From Octopus vulgaris (taxonomy: Eukaryota), in assembly GCA_951406725.2 (NCBI GenBank), contig OX597814.1:211482001-211546000 (forward strand): a DNA stretch of 64,000 nt, given 5' to 3'. The notes beneath the pieces were generated by a model. The model ran no database searches, was not told the DNA's origin, and saw only the letters and a program-made list of their open reading frames with translations. The translations under genes were made by a program, and so were the position numbers. The first letter of the stretch is position 1; the number at the start of each line of letters is the position of its first letter. Shown here one piece after another: positions 37,050 to 53,364 of this stretch.

Positions 37050-38599
37050 TGCTTCTTTAATCGTATAATCACCTACCCCACTAAAACTCTCACCACGGTT
37101 TCAAGACAGATGAAAATATATTTGCCTTCTAAGCCAAGGAAAATCGTCAGGGACGAGTTTTAAAATTTTTTCAGTTGATAACTAAATCGGCAGGTATTCG
37201 GCATAAGTCAGCACTGCTCGGGAACTTGACAAGTACTTTCAGAAAGGATTTGATCTCATTCGCACATCTCGGGCAAAGCAGGGTTATATCAATTCAGTGT
37301 CTGCCGTGCAGATAGAAACAAATGACAGCTGATACTGCCTGGATAAGTGCAAAAAGTATGACAATATAGCAGATTTATGAATCTATGAGTCATAGAGAAT
37401 ATATCGGTTAGGACTTGTGAGTATAGAATTTATAGTGAAACTTGATAAAATTTAAAGCAATACGACTGCAAGGAATCATGTTATGGAGAACAAATATACT
37501 CTTAGCCACTTTATATGAATACATTAAGAATGAGCAAAATGATCCCCCGTAAATAATTTTTTGAAACCATTGTAAACGTTTTCTATTCGAAAAAAAAAAA
37601 CTCGTTAAAAATTTGGAAGTAAATAAGGCGCCGATTAAATAAGTAACGTTTAGAAATCCGTGTTTGTGAACGAAGCTAAATATAGCATAATATTTCAGCT
37701 TAATTCTCTTTGAAAAATGGCAATCTTGATATATTTCCGAAACCATGAATATTAAAGATATTAAAGCTAATTATAACGGTGATGAATTGCAAGAACAGTT
37801 GCAAGAGATTTACGTTTATGCCAAACCATAGAGCCATACAGTTTCAAACGCCATTAGGAGTCATTTACCTCAAATAGGTCATTACCGCCTCTTTGAAAGC
37901 AGAAACTTCAAAACATTTTAAATTCTCATTTCGGTGAAAATTGAAATAAAAAGGAGCTTTATATTTAAGTAAAATAATATGAGGTGGAAGACGGTGGTGT
38001 TAACAACATAAAGAGAAGAGAGATAATGTGTTAAATACATTTCAGTATTTAGTTATCTTTCTATGTTTTATATTTAAACCGCTACTATAATTTATCACAC
38101 AATGTGATTCAGAAAATTAGTCCGAATAATCCAGAGCACATCTTTCGTTCAAAATGCGTGTCCGAGTATCAAAAATATATATCGTCCCATTTGATTTCAC
38201 CATTAAAAATGTAAGTATATTAGAACTTATATTCTCCAAACCAAATAACCTGCGATTAGCTTTTCGATCATGAAAGGACTTGTAATGGATTTTTGTGAAA
38301 GTCGAATATGTACGTATAATACACTAATATCCTCTTTCTATAGAGATATTATGCTTTGTGTTTAGTTAATGCAAAGATGACAATGAGAACCTTATAAAGA
38401 GATGAAAGAGCACAATGTATTATGTACACTTTTGAATACGATAACAATGGACATTATATCACTAGAGTTCATTTCATAAGGACTAGAGTTCAAAGAAATG
38501 CTAACCCATTTCTTCCTAAGAAACGTTGAACAGTAGGCAGTCCCTATTGAATGTAAGGTACACAAAGGGGAACTTCAGCATTGAATTCTTACTGCTGTA

Positions 38600-39345
38600 G
38601 CATCAAGAGTTAGCGCACTAGGTGTATTTGAAACCAGAATCCGCGGGATCCGATCAAAATGTTTAACTTTTTTCTTACTTGAACATTTCCAAGGCACATA
38701 CAACAAGAGAGATAGTTTTGTTTTTTAATTGCCACGTTTTAGGTATTTCAACGGGAAGGTCCTTATCTTTCGACAGTAATTCAAATTCCTTTCCTGAGGG
38801 AAGTTAAGCTCTCTATTTATAATACCTCCTTGAGTGAAATTTCTTATTCTCTTCGTGTTGCCTTACCAGCAGTATCATCCAATTGGCGTTACTTTGAATA
38901 TTACATGAAGTCTTATCGTGGTCTTTTATAGGACCTTTCAAGCCGGAATTAAGCTTCTACCGTCTTCCTTTAGTGGGAGATACAGCCTATGAACTTCTGA
39001 TATTTGCTGGTGCATCCTATTCAGTGTCAGCAGTTTCCTCGATGTGAGGATCATGTAGGTGGTGCTGAGACATTGTATTGGCCGGTAGTTCTTCGGATTT
39101 ATCGTGTCTTCAGCTTTTTGGTAGGAGGTATATTTTTCCTTCTGTCAGCCAGGTAGGCATTTACTCTGGGTTCTGGATGAGATGAGTTAGAGATGCAACA
39201 AAATGCTGGTGTACTTCTGTCAAACAATTCTGTCAAACTCGTCTGGTTTACAGTTTCTGAGACTTTCTAGGAATACATCTTACCCCTTCTACACCTATTG
39301 CCTCCCATTTCTGCTCCTCGACTTCAACAGGTCTCACTTTCTCAG
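38600..39345 (-). pseudogene. Dong/R4-like non-LTR RT fragment
   Basis: WLTEGKIYLLPKAEDTINPKNYRPIQCLSTTYMILTS on the minus strand near 39040-39155. Confidence 0.75.
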
Positions 39346-39495
39346 GTTCTATCCAGGGAGTTTCATTCTTCTTCTTCTTCTTCTTCTTCTTCTTCTTCTT
39401 CTCCTTCTTCTTCGTCTTTTTCTTCTTCTACTTCTTCTATCATCATCATCATCAACATTATTATTATTATTATTATTAATTATTATTATTATTAT

Positions 39496-40050
39496 TGAGT
39501 GAGCGAGCATTTCATGCCATCAAAGTAACACTGGGGTAAAATATACGAAGCCCAGCATAACCATCATGACTACCAGTCTGATAAAGGTACACCAGGCACA
39601 TGCATCACAACCATATGTGCGCGACATGGTGATCTCATATCAAGATAAACAGCACATGACCTTGCAGGTGGAGCCCAGTTAGAATTTTCTTCAGATCGAG
39701 TAACCCATCCCGCTCAAAAGGTCCCTGAATAAGGGTGGTTTAAGGACGTTGAACGAAACACCCATGTTTCCAGAGGTGAATTATTCAAACCCCAAAGAAT
39801 CCTTCTCAACACATGGCTATGATGCTCCCCCACTACTTCTGCTCGTGATCAGAGATGCACATATCGTCAGCCACTAAGGGACATGCTCAACTGGTTAAGG
39901 TCAAACAACTGACAAGCAAAACTGTGGTATTGAGCAGAATATTTGCTGTGGTCCATCTTTTATACCAAGACAAAACAATGTACATGATAACACTTCCAAT
40001 CAGTTAAGATCAGAAGCCATGAGAGCCACTGCCTGGTACTGCATCAGAGC

Positions 40051-40052
<2 letters not shown>
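39496..40052. mobile_element. ~555-bp non-coding interspersed repeat embedded in (ATT)n
   Basis: Higher-GC block with sharp boundaries into (ATT)n tracts on both sides; no ORF. Confidence 0.55.
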
Positions 40053-40121
<69 letters not shown>

Positions 40122-40122
<1 letters not shown>

Positions 40123-40354
40123 CCTATGTTTGACTTTTACTTTACAATTGTACAAGTTGGTTCCAAGTCTCACCCAGAGTTCTCAAGAGACACCAAGATG
40201 GAAGTTCAAGTTGGTGTTATAAATATGGTGCCATATATTTGGTTTAGTACTTAGCGTTGTACTAGTGAATGTTTAAGAAACCATAAGAAAATTATGTTTG
40301 TTTTAAAACCTCAGAATACATAGAAAGTATTTTGCGTAGGAAATGGAGTTTTAC

Positions 40355-40404
<50 letters not shown>

Positions 40405-41962
40405 ATATTTTACATTAATTTTATATCATTGTATTGGCACATGGTTTACAGTTTCACTTCTGGAAGTTCACTTGGTACACTGAAACTAAAACAGCTGAGC
40501 AAGCTGGTTTATTTTTACTTTTGAATTTCTACTTCTAAATTTTTACTTTTGAATTTCTGCCATTTTGGGGTTTCCTGGTATCTGAGTTAGGTCGCAATTA
40601 GCCCCTTTGCTATCATTCCCAGGTGACCTATGACAACAAGTATTGCTTTAGTCTTCAGGTTCCACATTTTGCTGATTTCTATTTCAAGATCTTTATATTT
40701 GCTCAGTTTTTGGTAGGTCTTGACAGATACGTTTATATCGATTGGGACAGTTATATTAAAGTGGGGGCATCATTTTGGTCTGAGGTCTTTCAATATGATA
40801 TCTGGCCTATTCGCATCTATCTTTCTGTCAGTTTGAATGGTGAAGTTCCAGAGGAGTGAGATGTGATCATTTTCAAGCACTGGAGGTGGTTTGTGTTCCC
40901 ACCAGTTTTAATCATGGGGCAAGTCCAGGCTTTTGCTAATTACCCAGTGGATATATTGTGCAGCTCTATCATGCCTTTTGTGATACTCTGTAGGCGCAAG
41001 AAGACTGCACTTGGAGACAACATGATCAATGGTTTCATTTTGTTGTTGACATACACGTCATGTTGAGCTACTGCCGTTCTTTAATATGTTGGCCTGGTAG
41101 TTCCTTGCAGGTAGGCATTGATCTTGAGCTGCTATGATAAACCCTTGAGTTTCAGATTTTAAGCCAGAGGCCATTGGCCATTGATGGGTCAGGGCTTTGT
41201 CAACATCGGCATTATTCGCTCCCTTTGGGTATTTGCCATTGAAGGTTTTTCTTGCCATTTATCAGACAGAATATCTAAGACAGCCGTTTTAGCACGGGTT
41301 TTCATGCGTTTAACTTTTTCTGCGCTTGTTTCTTTTATGTATAATTCCGAAATTTGCTGTATTATGAATTCACTTAGATGTTCCTTTGCCTGTTTTTTTA
41401 CTGAGTATGATGTTTTCTTGTTTTCGTGCTTCAAAAGAAGTTTTAACATTCAGTCTTCAGAGTTTTTCAGATAGGTGTGGAGGCCAATTGTGGCAATCCT
41501 CATTGTTAATTCCATTTGTAAAAGTCCACGGCCTCCCTCTTTTCTTGGCAGATAAAGTCGTTTTATATCTGCCTTAGCGTGGTGCATTCTATGAATTCTC
41601 AACATTGTCGTCTTTTTCTTTCAAGATTACATATTTCAGTAATTGACCGGATAATAATATCACGATTGGTATGGCTAAAGCGTTGATTGCTTCGATCCTG
41701 TTTCTTGCATTCAGCTCTGTCTTGAGTATTGCACTTACCCTGCAATAATATTCTTTCCTGATCCTTTCATTTATAATTGACTCTCTGAATCAATCACCTT
41801 CAAATACGCCTAGGCATTTGTAGCATTCCGCTGGTTGTAGTTCCTTTATAACATTCTGTAAGTCAATATTAACGTTGGATGTTTCTATCATTTTTCTTTG
41901 CTAAATGTAGCTTTTACACATTTATCGAGACCATATTTCATTTTGATGTCATCATTGAATTG

Positions 41963-41965
<3 letters not shown>
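40122..41965 (-). mobile_element. Dong/R4-like non-LTR retrotransposon, 3' half (RT C-terminus, CCHC, RLE endonuclease)
   Basis: GLDKC, GLKSETQGFIIAAQDQCL, RVCQQQNETIDHVVSKC, RHD, NRPDII and KLSKYKDLEIEISKMW. The 3' end abuts (TAA)n at 40053-40120. Confidence 0.88.
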
Positions 41966-44183
<2,218 letters not shown>

Positions 44184-44184
44184 T

Positions 44185-45045
44185 GGGAGGTAAATTAAGA
44201 AGAAAAATAGGCGAAAATGCACATTTGAAATCAAAAAGGTAAAGGATGTTTATGAAAGATAACGATAGATATATACAAGTAGATGAACTGAGGTAGGAAT
44301 AAAAGTAATAAAAGTCATTATTTTGAATTGTTAAAGAGATTCAAAAGCCTACCGGTTTCCTAAATTTACTAATCATTGCTTTGAGTGCACACCGATTAAT
44401 GAACGGTGTCAGGTCTACTAGTTCCTAAGTAAAAAAATTATGTGTATGGGGAGTAAGTTGTTCTGGATTTGGTGGAATTAGGGTAGATATAGATTTGTAA
44501 TCTGAATGGTGTATGGGATGCATGGGTGTTAGTGGTATTAATTGGAAACTTAGTAGTGTTCTGTATTATGTTATATGTTCATATTGATTTGGGGAACTTA
44601 TTTATTGATGAAAGTAGCCTCTTTATTCATTCTTTGTTGTACTGATGTGTTCTGTGAACATTGATAGAAGGGGAAAATTAGGAAATTAGGATGAAGATTC
44701 CTAGCAAACCTTTTTATGTGTTCACTCACCTGTATCTGACTGTATTGTGGATGACGGATTTGTTCTTTGTGGAAAGTGGTTCTACGACGGTGTGATATTC
44801 CTGTTTGGCCAATACATTCATTACCACACCCTAAGCACGTAATGGGATAGATTAGATTTTCCGAGACACATGAAATTTGATTTCTTCTTACATATTTCAC
44901 GTTGCTTAAAGTGGAATTCTGAACCCTCCAAAAGGTGGGGCATGTACCACAGTTAGGTCGACCACATTTTGGTTCTGTTGTTAATTGATATAGACTTGCG
45001 CTTGTTGATATTTATTCAGGGATTTAGATTGCATTTTGCTTTTGA
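44185..45045 (-). mobile_element. PLE GIY-YIG endonuclease remnant with Cys-rich linker (Neptune-like)
   Basis: KCGRPNCGTCPHL, then SCVSENLIYPITCLGCGNECIGQTG...HKEQIRHP...VSEHI...RMNKEATFINK. Downstream GAAACCGGTA motif near 44350-44359. Confidence 0.78.
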
Positions 45046-46690
45046 TATCTATCAGGTGTTGATGCTTGGTATCTCTGCACTTACGCTTTCAACCCATCTG
45101 CTCATGTGGTAGGACTCCATTTTCCCCCAGATGTTTGCACATTAACTCATCGAGTATTCCAGTCAATAACTTTCACATAATTGGTAAACAAAATATCGGC
45201 CGGTAATTCTCTACGATATTGCCTTTTTCGATGTTTTTTCAGGCACAGCACTGCACTACCCGATGTCAACCACTTTGGTGTTAATTGGTCGGCATTTAAG
45301 AAGGTGTTGCGTTACACAGCTGTTCGTGCATGACATTCACCAAACCAGTAGCCTTGAACTCTAACTGGTCCCGGGGCCTTCCCGTAGCACATATTTTTTG
45401 CTGATTTCTTTCACTTCCCTAACTGAAATGACTGCAATCATTCAGCAACCTTCTTGTGCTCCTTGTCTTTGCTCCAGATGTCACTCCAAAACCTTTGACA
45501 TTCAATGATATCTGGTATCAACTTTTCATTTGTACACTCTTCATTTACTTCTTTATAGAGTGTCTTCTGAGCTACCCTGAATAACCTATTCTGGTGGTAA
45601 CCCTTCCTTCAATCGTATCTAACTGTCTTTTCTATCTTTGCGACAAGGTGCTATTTCAGTTCCTCCATTACTACTTTCAGGCACTTTCTTTCAATATTAT
45701 ATTTCTTTTTCAGCCTCCTCTATTCTTGTTTGCTTTTAAGTTCCCCGTTCTCCTTTAGGTCTAACACAGTTATTTCCTTCGAGACCATATCTAACCCTCC
45801 CTGTATTCTTCTTTTCCTTTTGTTATTCCCATTATGTTTCTTCTTCTTGACATCAACACCCACGTTTTCTGCTACAACAATATGTGCTGCCTTGATCAAA
45901 TTATCTGTTTCTGTGATGTTGTTTCTTCTGATGTATTTCAGGATTTCTTTGATATGTTTCGTTTCTTGGTTCAATTTCCATCGATAAACTTTTGAAGGTT
46001 GCAAATAAAGTCGACATCGTTCTCCTGTAGTCTTCCCTTTATTCTGTCGAATATTGTCTTTTGTTCATCTGTCATGTCACCATTAGTTTTATTGTCTTCC
46101 TTTAAATCATCTATATGTCTCTCATCAAGTAAACTACTACTGCTCTTTTCCTGTGCTATGAAATTAGTCTTATTAACTAGAACTGTATTTTCATTGTTAT
46201 CTCTGTTGCAATTTTCCATGACCCGTCCCTTGTTAACTTCGATCTCTGTTTCTGTGAACCAGCAATTTTTTCTCATTGCTCTAGCTTGATCACATAGTCT
46301 CTCTTTCGTGAGTTGAAACATTCCCTTTTCTCACCATTGATCATACATACTTTGTCGGTAACACCTAATTTGCGCACCATTTTAATCTACCGGACTGCTC
46401 AGGTAGTAACTCTTCATGATCACATCATTAATTTGCTTGCTTCATCTACGCCATGTGTGGTGGTCCCTTTCTGGATATCGACAGGCTGGAGTCGGACCAG
46501 AATATCTGAGTCTACGAGGTGTAACAATGTCACCATCATTGGCTTCAGTTTCATTACCACCGTTATTCACAATATTTTGTTCTTTCATTGTCACTTATAT
46601 GAGGTAGCGATTATCAGGTTGTGCCATTACCAATCTTTTTTTATTGTGACACCATCACTAGATGTAAACATCCTTTTTACTGTAAAACGC
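45045..46690 (-). mobile_element. Dong/R4-like element, N-terminal region and start of RT
   Basis: FQLTKERLCDQARAMRKNCWFTETEIE, ITETDNLIKAAHIVVAE, KAPGP, NYRPIFCLP and LPHEQMG..RKCRDTKHQHLID. Confidence 0.82.
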
Positions 46691-47525
46691 ACCACAATTT
46701 TTTTCTGAACGAACACCTAAAAAAATTTAGAATCTTAAGTTTCTCCAATTTTGTGTGAACATTTTTTCTTTCCATCTTCCATGACTAACAGAATATGTAA
46801 ACATGCCTTTCATTTTACCAACACAATTAGATGCACGACAAAAAATTAAGGAAGTAAGCACCTGCAACTATATATATGCTGCACAATTACAAAGACTGTA
46901 AACTACAACAACACTTTTAAAAAGTAAAGAAAAATTCCAAAAGAAAATTAAAAGAAACTCAGAAATTCAAAAATCCAACAATATGAACACCACATCCTCT
47001 TACTATACCCAAAGACTGGAATATCTACAATATCCTGTGAATATTTTAAACCTCCCTCAAATTAAAATAAGGTACGCAACTTACATACCTACAGCTTTCG
47101 AACACACCAACAATCAGCTTTCTTAAAAAAAAAACTTTAATATCTACAACTACTAAGTGAATACCTATCCTTTCCTTTCTCCCTGGGTATTCGAAAATGT
47201 AAACATCATCCTATTTTCTATTCTAAGAACACTATGTTTTCTCTCTGTGCGGTTCTAAAAAAGACCATATTTAGTAAATCTTAAAATTTTACTACCTACA
47301 ACTTGTTTTCTTTTAGTTTTGACTCTCCCTGAGTATTTAAAAATATAAACATCCTTTTCATTACAAAAGACCTACGATATTCTCCACCTGGATAGCAAAC
47401 GAACATCTCAAGGAAACTTAAAAACTTTAATATTTTACCCAATTACGTAAACACACCTTTTATTGCAACAACACAACACAATAATTTAATCCAGAAATTC
47501 AAAATATTCAAGAACGTGAATATCA

Positions 47526-47617
<92 letters not shown>

Positions 47618-48033
47618 TTGATTTGTGTGTATTATTTTTTTTCTATCAGTAATTACAAATGGAACAGGTTTAATTGCTTATTTTCAAGGCACCGATTAAA
47701 GTAGCCACTGGTAGTAGTAAACACATTTGAGATCTGCTGACCAAAAGGGTGAGAAGATTCTTTTGTCTCTACGGCTGACCTCCCCACCATCTGCTGAATC
47801 TGTTTATAGAACTGTAGAATATGACCTATTCAGCAAACTGCTACGCAACTATTTCCCCCAACAACAACATATTTATAATTATCTCAAGTACAAAATTAAA
47901 AAATAAAGAACAATTAGTAAAATCTTTTATTAATAAATGGAAATAGTAATAATGATAAAAATGGTTGTGGTAGTGATGGTGATAATAATAATAAAAATAC
48001 TACTGCTACTACTACTACTACTACTACTACTAC

Positions 48034-48072
<39 letters not shown>

Positions 48073-48189
48073 AATGAAACTGTTGGAGCCACCCAATGGA
48101 CTTATAATTATTATTATTGTTGTTGTTGTTATTATTGTTTTGGTGCCGTTTTTGTTGGTAATGTTGTTTTTGTAATTACTATTAAGATG

Positions 48190-48396
48190 TTCAGTTGGCA
48201 GAATCGTTATCGGGCTGGACGAAATGTTTAGCAGTATTTCACTCGTTGCTATGTTCCAAGTTCAAATTCAGCCGAGGTAGACTTTGCCTTTCATCCTTTT
48301 GGGATCGAAAAATTAAGTACCAGGTACGTAGTGGGGCCGATCTAATCGACTGGCCCCTTCCCCCAAATTTCTGACGTTGTGTTTATAGTAGAAAGG

Positions 48397-48400
<4 letters not shown>
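48190..48400 (+). mobile_element. Family-2 SINE with alternative tail ending in (ATT)n
   Basis: ttggcagaatcgtta...gttcaaattcagccgaggtagactttgcctttcatcc...tggccccttcccccaaattt...gtagaaaggattatt. Confidence 0.8.
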
Positions 48401-48456
<56 letters not shown>

Positions 48457-48483
48457 ATCATCATTATTATGATTATTATTATT

Positions 48484-49866
48484 CCTTCGTAACTCAGTGT
48501 AGATAAAAATGCACCGGAGTCTTTAGTCGTCTGTTAAGTCAAAACAAGTATCTCGGACAGATATTTTCCTTAAAATGTGCTCTGTGCTCCATAAAGCTGC
48601 TTTTTGCAAGACATCAATCTTGCATGGGATTTCCAGTTGCCTTATGAAGTTTTGAAGTTTCAATGGGATTGAGCCCAGCGCTCCGATCAGCACTGGTATC
48701 ACTTTTGCATTACAACCTCGCATTCCATACAGTCTTGCCATTTCCACTTTCAATTGGGAGTACATGATGAGTTTTTCAACCTATTTACTCACAAGTTTCA
48801 TGTAATTTGTTATGGTTACATCAATGATCTGAGAGGATTTGTCTCTCTTATCCAATATGACAATATCCGTGTCAGATTACACGATCCGTCTGAAAATCAT
48901 AGTCCCAGAGTATCTTTACTTTTCCATCCTCCAGCATAACTTTATTTGGTAATACTCATACCAGTTCTCTGTTACTTAATATTGGTATTTACGGTATAAG
49001 AACCAATGAAGACATACACAGACTTTATAATGGCGGTGCTTGTATTTTTTTTGTGCAAGGCTCTTACATCCACTTACCAATGGGTCACATTTTCCACACT
49101 CTTTCCACAGAGTCTACATATCTGGGTTTCAGAAGATTCATGGATGTTATACTTCACTGAAGTAGTAGAGAGTACAGCAATGATCAGGATTTCGGTGGTA
49201 CGCTTCAAATCCCCTCGCTGAAGCCATGCCTACGATGTTGTATTATCCTTATCATCTTGTGCATTCCTTTCAAATTGTCCATGCATTCCCATTCCAATGT
49301 CTTCTTTTCTCTCCTCATCAGCTTTTCGTTAAACTCTTCCATGTCCATCATTTCATCTGCATTTACACCCATATTTGTCGCGGCATATTGCAGCAGTTTC
49401 GTCACTATTCATCAAATACTCGGCAAGCATTCTCCTTTCACTTTTTTATACAATGGTCTATATTAACTAGTCCTCTACCACCATTCTTTTCATATGCAAT
49501 CTGTTGACGTTTGCTTTAAGGTGCAACGCCCTATACAGCGTCATTAAATTTCCTTTCCCATTCTTCTATCTAATGGTAATATTTCTTCCTTTGTGCATTT
49601 AAGGATGGACGCACTATATCTGCTCACCGCAACTGTCCAGATATGCATTGCGGTAATCAAATTTTTGGCATTTGGGTTCGATTTCAACACCATCTTCGCC
49701 CTTTTTTGATACACCTCGCTGACCTTGACTTTCCTTTCTCTTTGTAGAATATCATCCAGTTCCAAAATCTCTAACTATCGATACCCACTACCATCTGATG
49801 GTAACCGCAATCCTCTGCAGGTTGCTTTCTTCCCTATTTTCATATTAAGTACTGCCTCTGCATGCT
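48484..49866 (-). mobile_element. Dong/R4-like element, 3' half, between (TAA)n tracts
   Basis: LKSNPNAKNLITAMHIWTVAVSRYS, GGRGL, CRLCGKSVENVTH, YSQLKVEMARLYGM...VIPVLIGALG...LQKAALWSTEHILRK. (ATT)n at 48398-48483 and from 49869. Confidence 0.87.
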
Positions 49867-49868
49867 GC

Positions 49869-49948
49869 TATTATTATTATTATTATTATTATTGTTGTTG
49901 TTATTATTGTTGTTGTTGTTTTTCTTGTTGTTGTTGTTGTTGTTGTCG

Positions 49949-50004
<56 letters not shown>
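49869..50004. repeat. (TAT)n-(TGT)n-(CGT)n compound microsatellite
   Basis: Seen directly. Confidence 0.95.
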
Positions 50005-50005
<1 letters not shown>

Positions 50006-50061
50006 GTGATGGTGGTGGTTTTGCTTTTGTTGATATTGTTGTGGTTGTTGTGATTACTATT

Positions 50062-50272
50062 AAGGCGCTGAGCTGGCAGAATCATTAGCATGCCTGACAA
50101 AATATCATTTCATCCATCTTTACATTCTGAGGTGTAATTCCATCGGGGACCATTTCGCCTTTTATCATTTTTTTGTATCTTTAACATAAGTACCATTTGA
50201 GTACTTATTTCGATGTAATCGACTTAACCATCTTCCCGAAATTTCTGACTGTATGCTAAAATTTGAAACCAA
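50062..50272 (+). mobile_element. Degraded family-2 SINE
   Basis: aggcgctgagctggcagaatcattagcatgcc...taagtacc...gatgtaatcgactta. Confidence 0.7.
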
Positions 50273-50574
50273 TATTTGATGCATAGATACGTACGTAACT
50301 ACAAAAAAGTCATGTCGTCCATTACACTAAATTTCTAGCTCTTTCCTTCTGTTACTGCCAATTTCGAGCAAAGTGACATGTGGCTAGCCGTTCGGACAAA
50401 ATACGGTAAAATATACACGTCCAAGTAAATAAATGGTACTTGATCTTAAGCTTCGTAATTTAGAGACAAATGGTCATTATACTCGTAGAATTCGAACAGG
50501 GGGCATGAAAAGAAAAGATTACAAGATTATATTTCGTCAGAAAATCTCACGGTTACTCCACTCTATCGATCTTA

Positions 50575-50960
50575 TACTCTTTACTCTTTTACTCTTTTAT
50601 TTGTTTCAGTCATTTCGCCCTTTAGTCGAGTAAATCGACCCCAGGACTTATTCTTTGTAAGCCTAGTACTTATTCTATCAGTCTCTTTTGCTGAACCGCT
50701 AATTGACGGGGACGTAAACACACCAGCATCGGTTGTCAAGCAATGGTGGGAGAACAAACACAGACACACAGACATATACACACGTACATATATATACATA
50801 TATACGACGGTCTTCTTCCAGTTTCCGTCTACCAAATCCACTCACAAGGCTTTGGTTGGCCCGAGGCTATAGAAGAAGACACTTGCCCAAGGTGCCACGC
50901 AGTGGGAATGAACCCAGAACCATGTGGTTGGTAAGCAAGTTACTTACCACACAGCCACTC
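50575..50960 (-). mobile_element. tRNA-derived SINE, family 3 (CORE-like motif)
   Basis: Minus strand gagtggctgtgtggtaag...gggttcattccc...accttgggcaagtgtctt, internal (TA/TG)n, tail gaaacaaataaaagagtaaaagag. Confidence 0.85.
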
Positions 50961-52339
50961 TATCGATCTTATGTCAATAATGATATAGAATTGTAACGAA
51001 AATTGAAAAATAACCAGAAATATTAATAATGATAGCATACTTATGCTGTTATTGCTGCTGTTGCTACTGCTGTGACTGCTACAGCCGCTGCTGCTGTGGC
51101 TGCTGCTGTGCTGCTGTCGCTACTGCTGTTGTTGCTGTTGCTGCTCAGGATGAGAAATGAATGTTATCATTGTGAAAATGATACCTAGATCGCCATGGTA
51201 ATAGAATCGATGATGATAACAACAATGAAGAAGAGGAGGTGGAGAGGAAGGAAGTGGTGGAAGAGGCAGTAGATGAAGATGATGATCATGATGATGTAAA
51301 TGATAAGGAGGACGGCAGCAAAGAAGAAAGACGACGCGACATATGTGTGTGTGTATGTGTGTTTTGTGTGTGTGTGAGTGTGTCTATTTGTTTGAATGTT
51401 AATGAAGATGCTGATGGCTATGATGGTGATGGCTATCGTGGTCATGATGAGAAAGCTGCTTCGGCTACAGGTGGTGGGGATGTCGTTTTTGAAGATAACC
51501 TGGAAACAATACAATGTATTGAGATTAAGAAAATAAAGAACGAAATATGTCATAACAAAAGGAAATATTTTGTTTGAAACAGATAGGAAATCGATTTAAT
51601 TCATTGAAATATAAAATAAAATAAAAACGGAAAACGAAAACATTTTAAAAGAATTTTATACATACCAACTAATATTTGCAAATGTATATGAAAGAAAGAA
51701 TATATATTTGCTGTTCGTCCTACATTTCATACACATACAGTAAAATAAACAAGACTGCATCTATTTCGACGATGAGCATTTCAACGAAACTGCTTTAGTT
51801 ATTGAAAAACTCGTACAAGTTGGGATCAATTTAACAGGCTCTTGAAACGTTAGATTATTTCCTAAAAGGAATCAGTGTGATGAAGAGATAAAACTAGTTT
51901 CTCGTATTGCAGATGCCGAATTTCAGACGTATTTTCACCGCTTCCGTCCCTTTTAACTGTCGGATCCATGGTTCAGGAAAACAAGCCATGACATTGTAAT
52001 CGGAATTATATCCCCATCATTGAAAAACATTTTTTTACCACATCTGTCTCTCTTGTTGTCTTTCTCTTTTATACCCACAAACACACGCCTATTAACACAC
52101 ACGCAGAGTCCCTGAAATATATGTAAGGATGCGCATACGTATATATATGTCACGCTGTCACTATCTCCTTGTATGTCATTAAGAATGACATGTCCAATTT
52201 TCTTATACTTTAAGTTTGATAGTCGTTTTTTTTTTTCTGACAATTCTTTATTTTACAACAATGAAGAGTAACATCATCAATTTTTGAAATGCAGTTCATG
52301 GTGTTTTATATTGTGAGTTTTCTCTCGCAAATCAAACCC

Positions 52340-53090
52340 ATGGATAGACCAAACATTTGTGTTGTTTAGGAGTATGAGTTCCGTCACGGAACCAATGCAC
52401 CCCAGACAGGTGTTTGGTGAAGATGTGGCGAATGAGCGCATTGTACGTCGATGGTTATAGAATTTCCGATCTGGTGACTTTGCTCTTGAAAATCAGCCCC
52501 GTGGTAGACCTGAGACCTAGGTGGATAATGATGAGTTGGGAACTGCAGTAGAAGCAAGCGGATACATCTCAGACTACACACGAGTTAGCAGCCAGGTTTG
52601 ATGTTTGGATTCAAACTGTATTGGAACATTAGAAACAAACCGGCAAAGTAAGGAAGCTGGACAAGTTGTATCACATAAACTGATCGATCATCAAATGAAA
52701 CGTCGTCTTGAAACTTGCTGTTCTTTGCAGTCACGACATAAAAGTGAACCAATTTTGAATAGTATTCATTTAAGTGTAGGATTCATTTAAGTAATAAGTA
52801 ATAATAACCGGATTCTTTTAAGTAATAGCTAGCGTTCTGCAAAGTGGTTGGATAGAGACGAAGTGCAAAACACAATCTCAAAAAGAATATTCACATAAAA
52901 ATAGTGTCTGTTTGTTGGTCCAGCGCTGGTGGTCCATTGCTTCATGAGAGCTGGTAAGTCAATTACAGTGGATGTAAACCCCAACCAATTAGATGAAATG
53001 ATGAGTGGGCTTGCAATTAAAGAACCAAGATTGGTCAAAAGAGACATACCAATAATCTTGCAAGACAATGGTCGACCACCAGCGCCGGAC
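52340..53090 (+). pseudogene. Truncated mariner transposase pseudogene (cecropia-like)
   Basis: MDRPNICVV*EYEFRHGTNA, VFGEDVANERIVRRW..FRSGDFALENQPRGRP, RRLETCCSL, PIILQDNGRP. Many stops; no TIR pair seen. Confidence 0.85.
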
Positions 53091-53124
53091 CAACAAAATC
53101 GGACATTTCATTCTTAATGACCTG

Positions 53125-53180
<56 letters not shown>

Positions 53181-53253
53181 GTGCGTGAGTGTGAATTTGC
53201 ACTTATGATTATGAGTGTGTGTGAATGCGTGCGCGTATATAAATACATGTACG

Positions 53254-53285
<32 letters not shown>

Positions 53286-53364
53286 ATGTATGTATGTATG
53301 TATGTATGCATGTATGTATGCATGTGTGCATTTTAAACATTAAATGGAGTTCTGTTACTCGAAA

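Noticed and set aside
44345-44420. GAAACCGGTA at the end of the Neptune-like element as another hammerhead
   Set aside because: The upstream box reads CTGACAC rather than CTGANGA and stem II is unclear; at most a relic.
51239-51577. Acidic 112-aa ORF
   Set aside because: Decayed (GAT/GAG)n low-complexity sequence with an embedded (GT)n; no domain or splice evidence.
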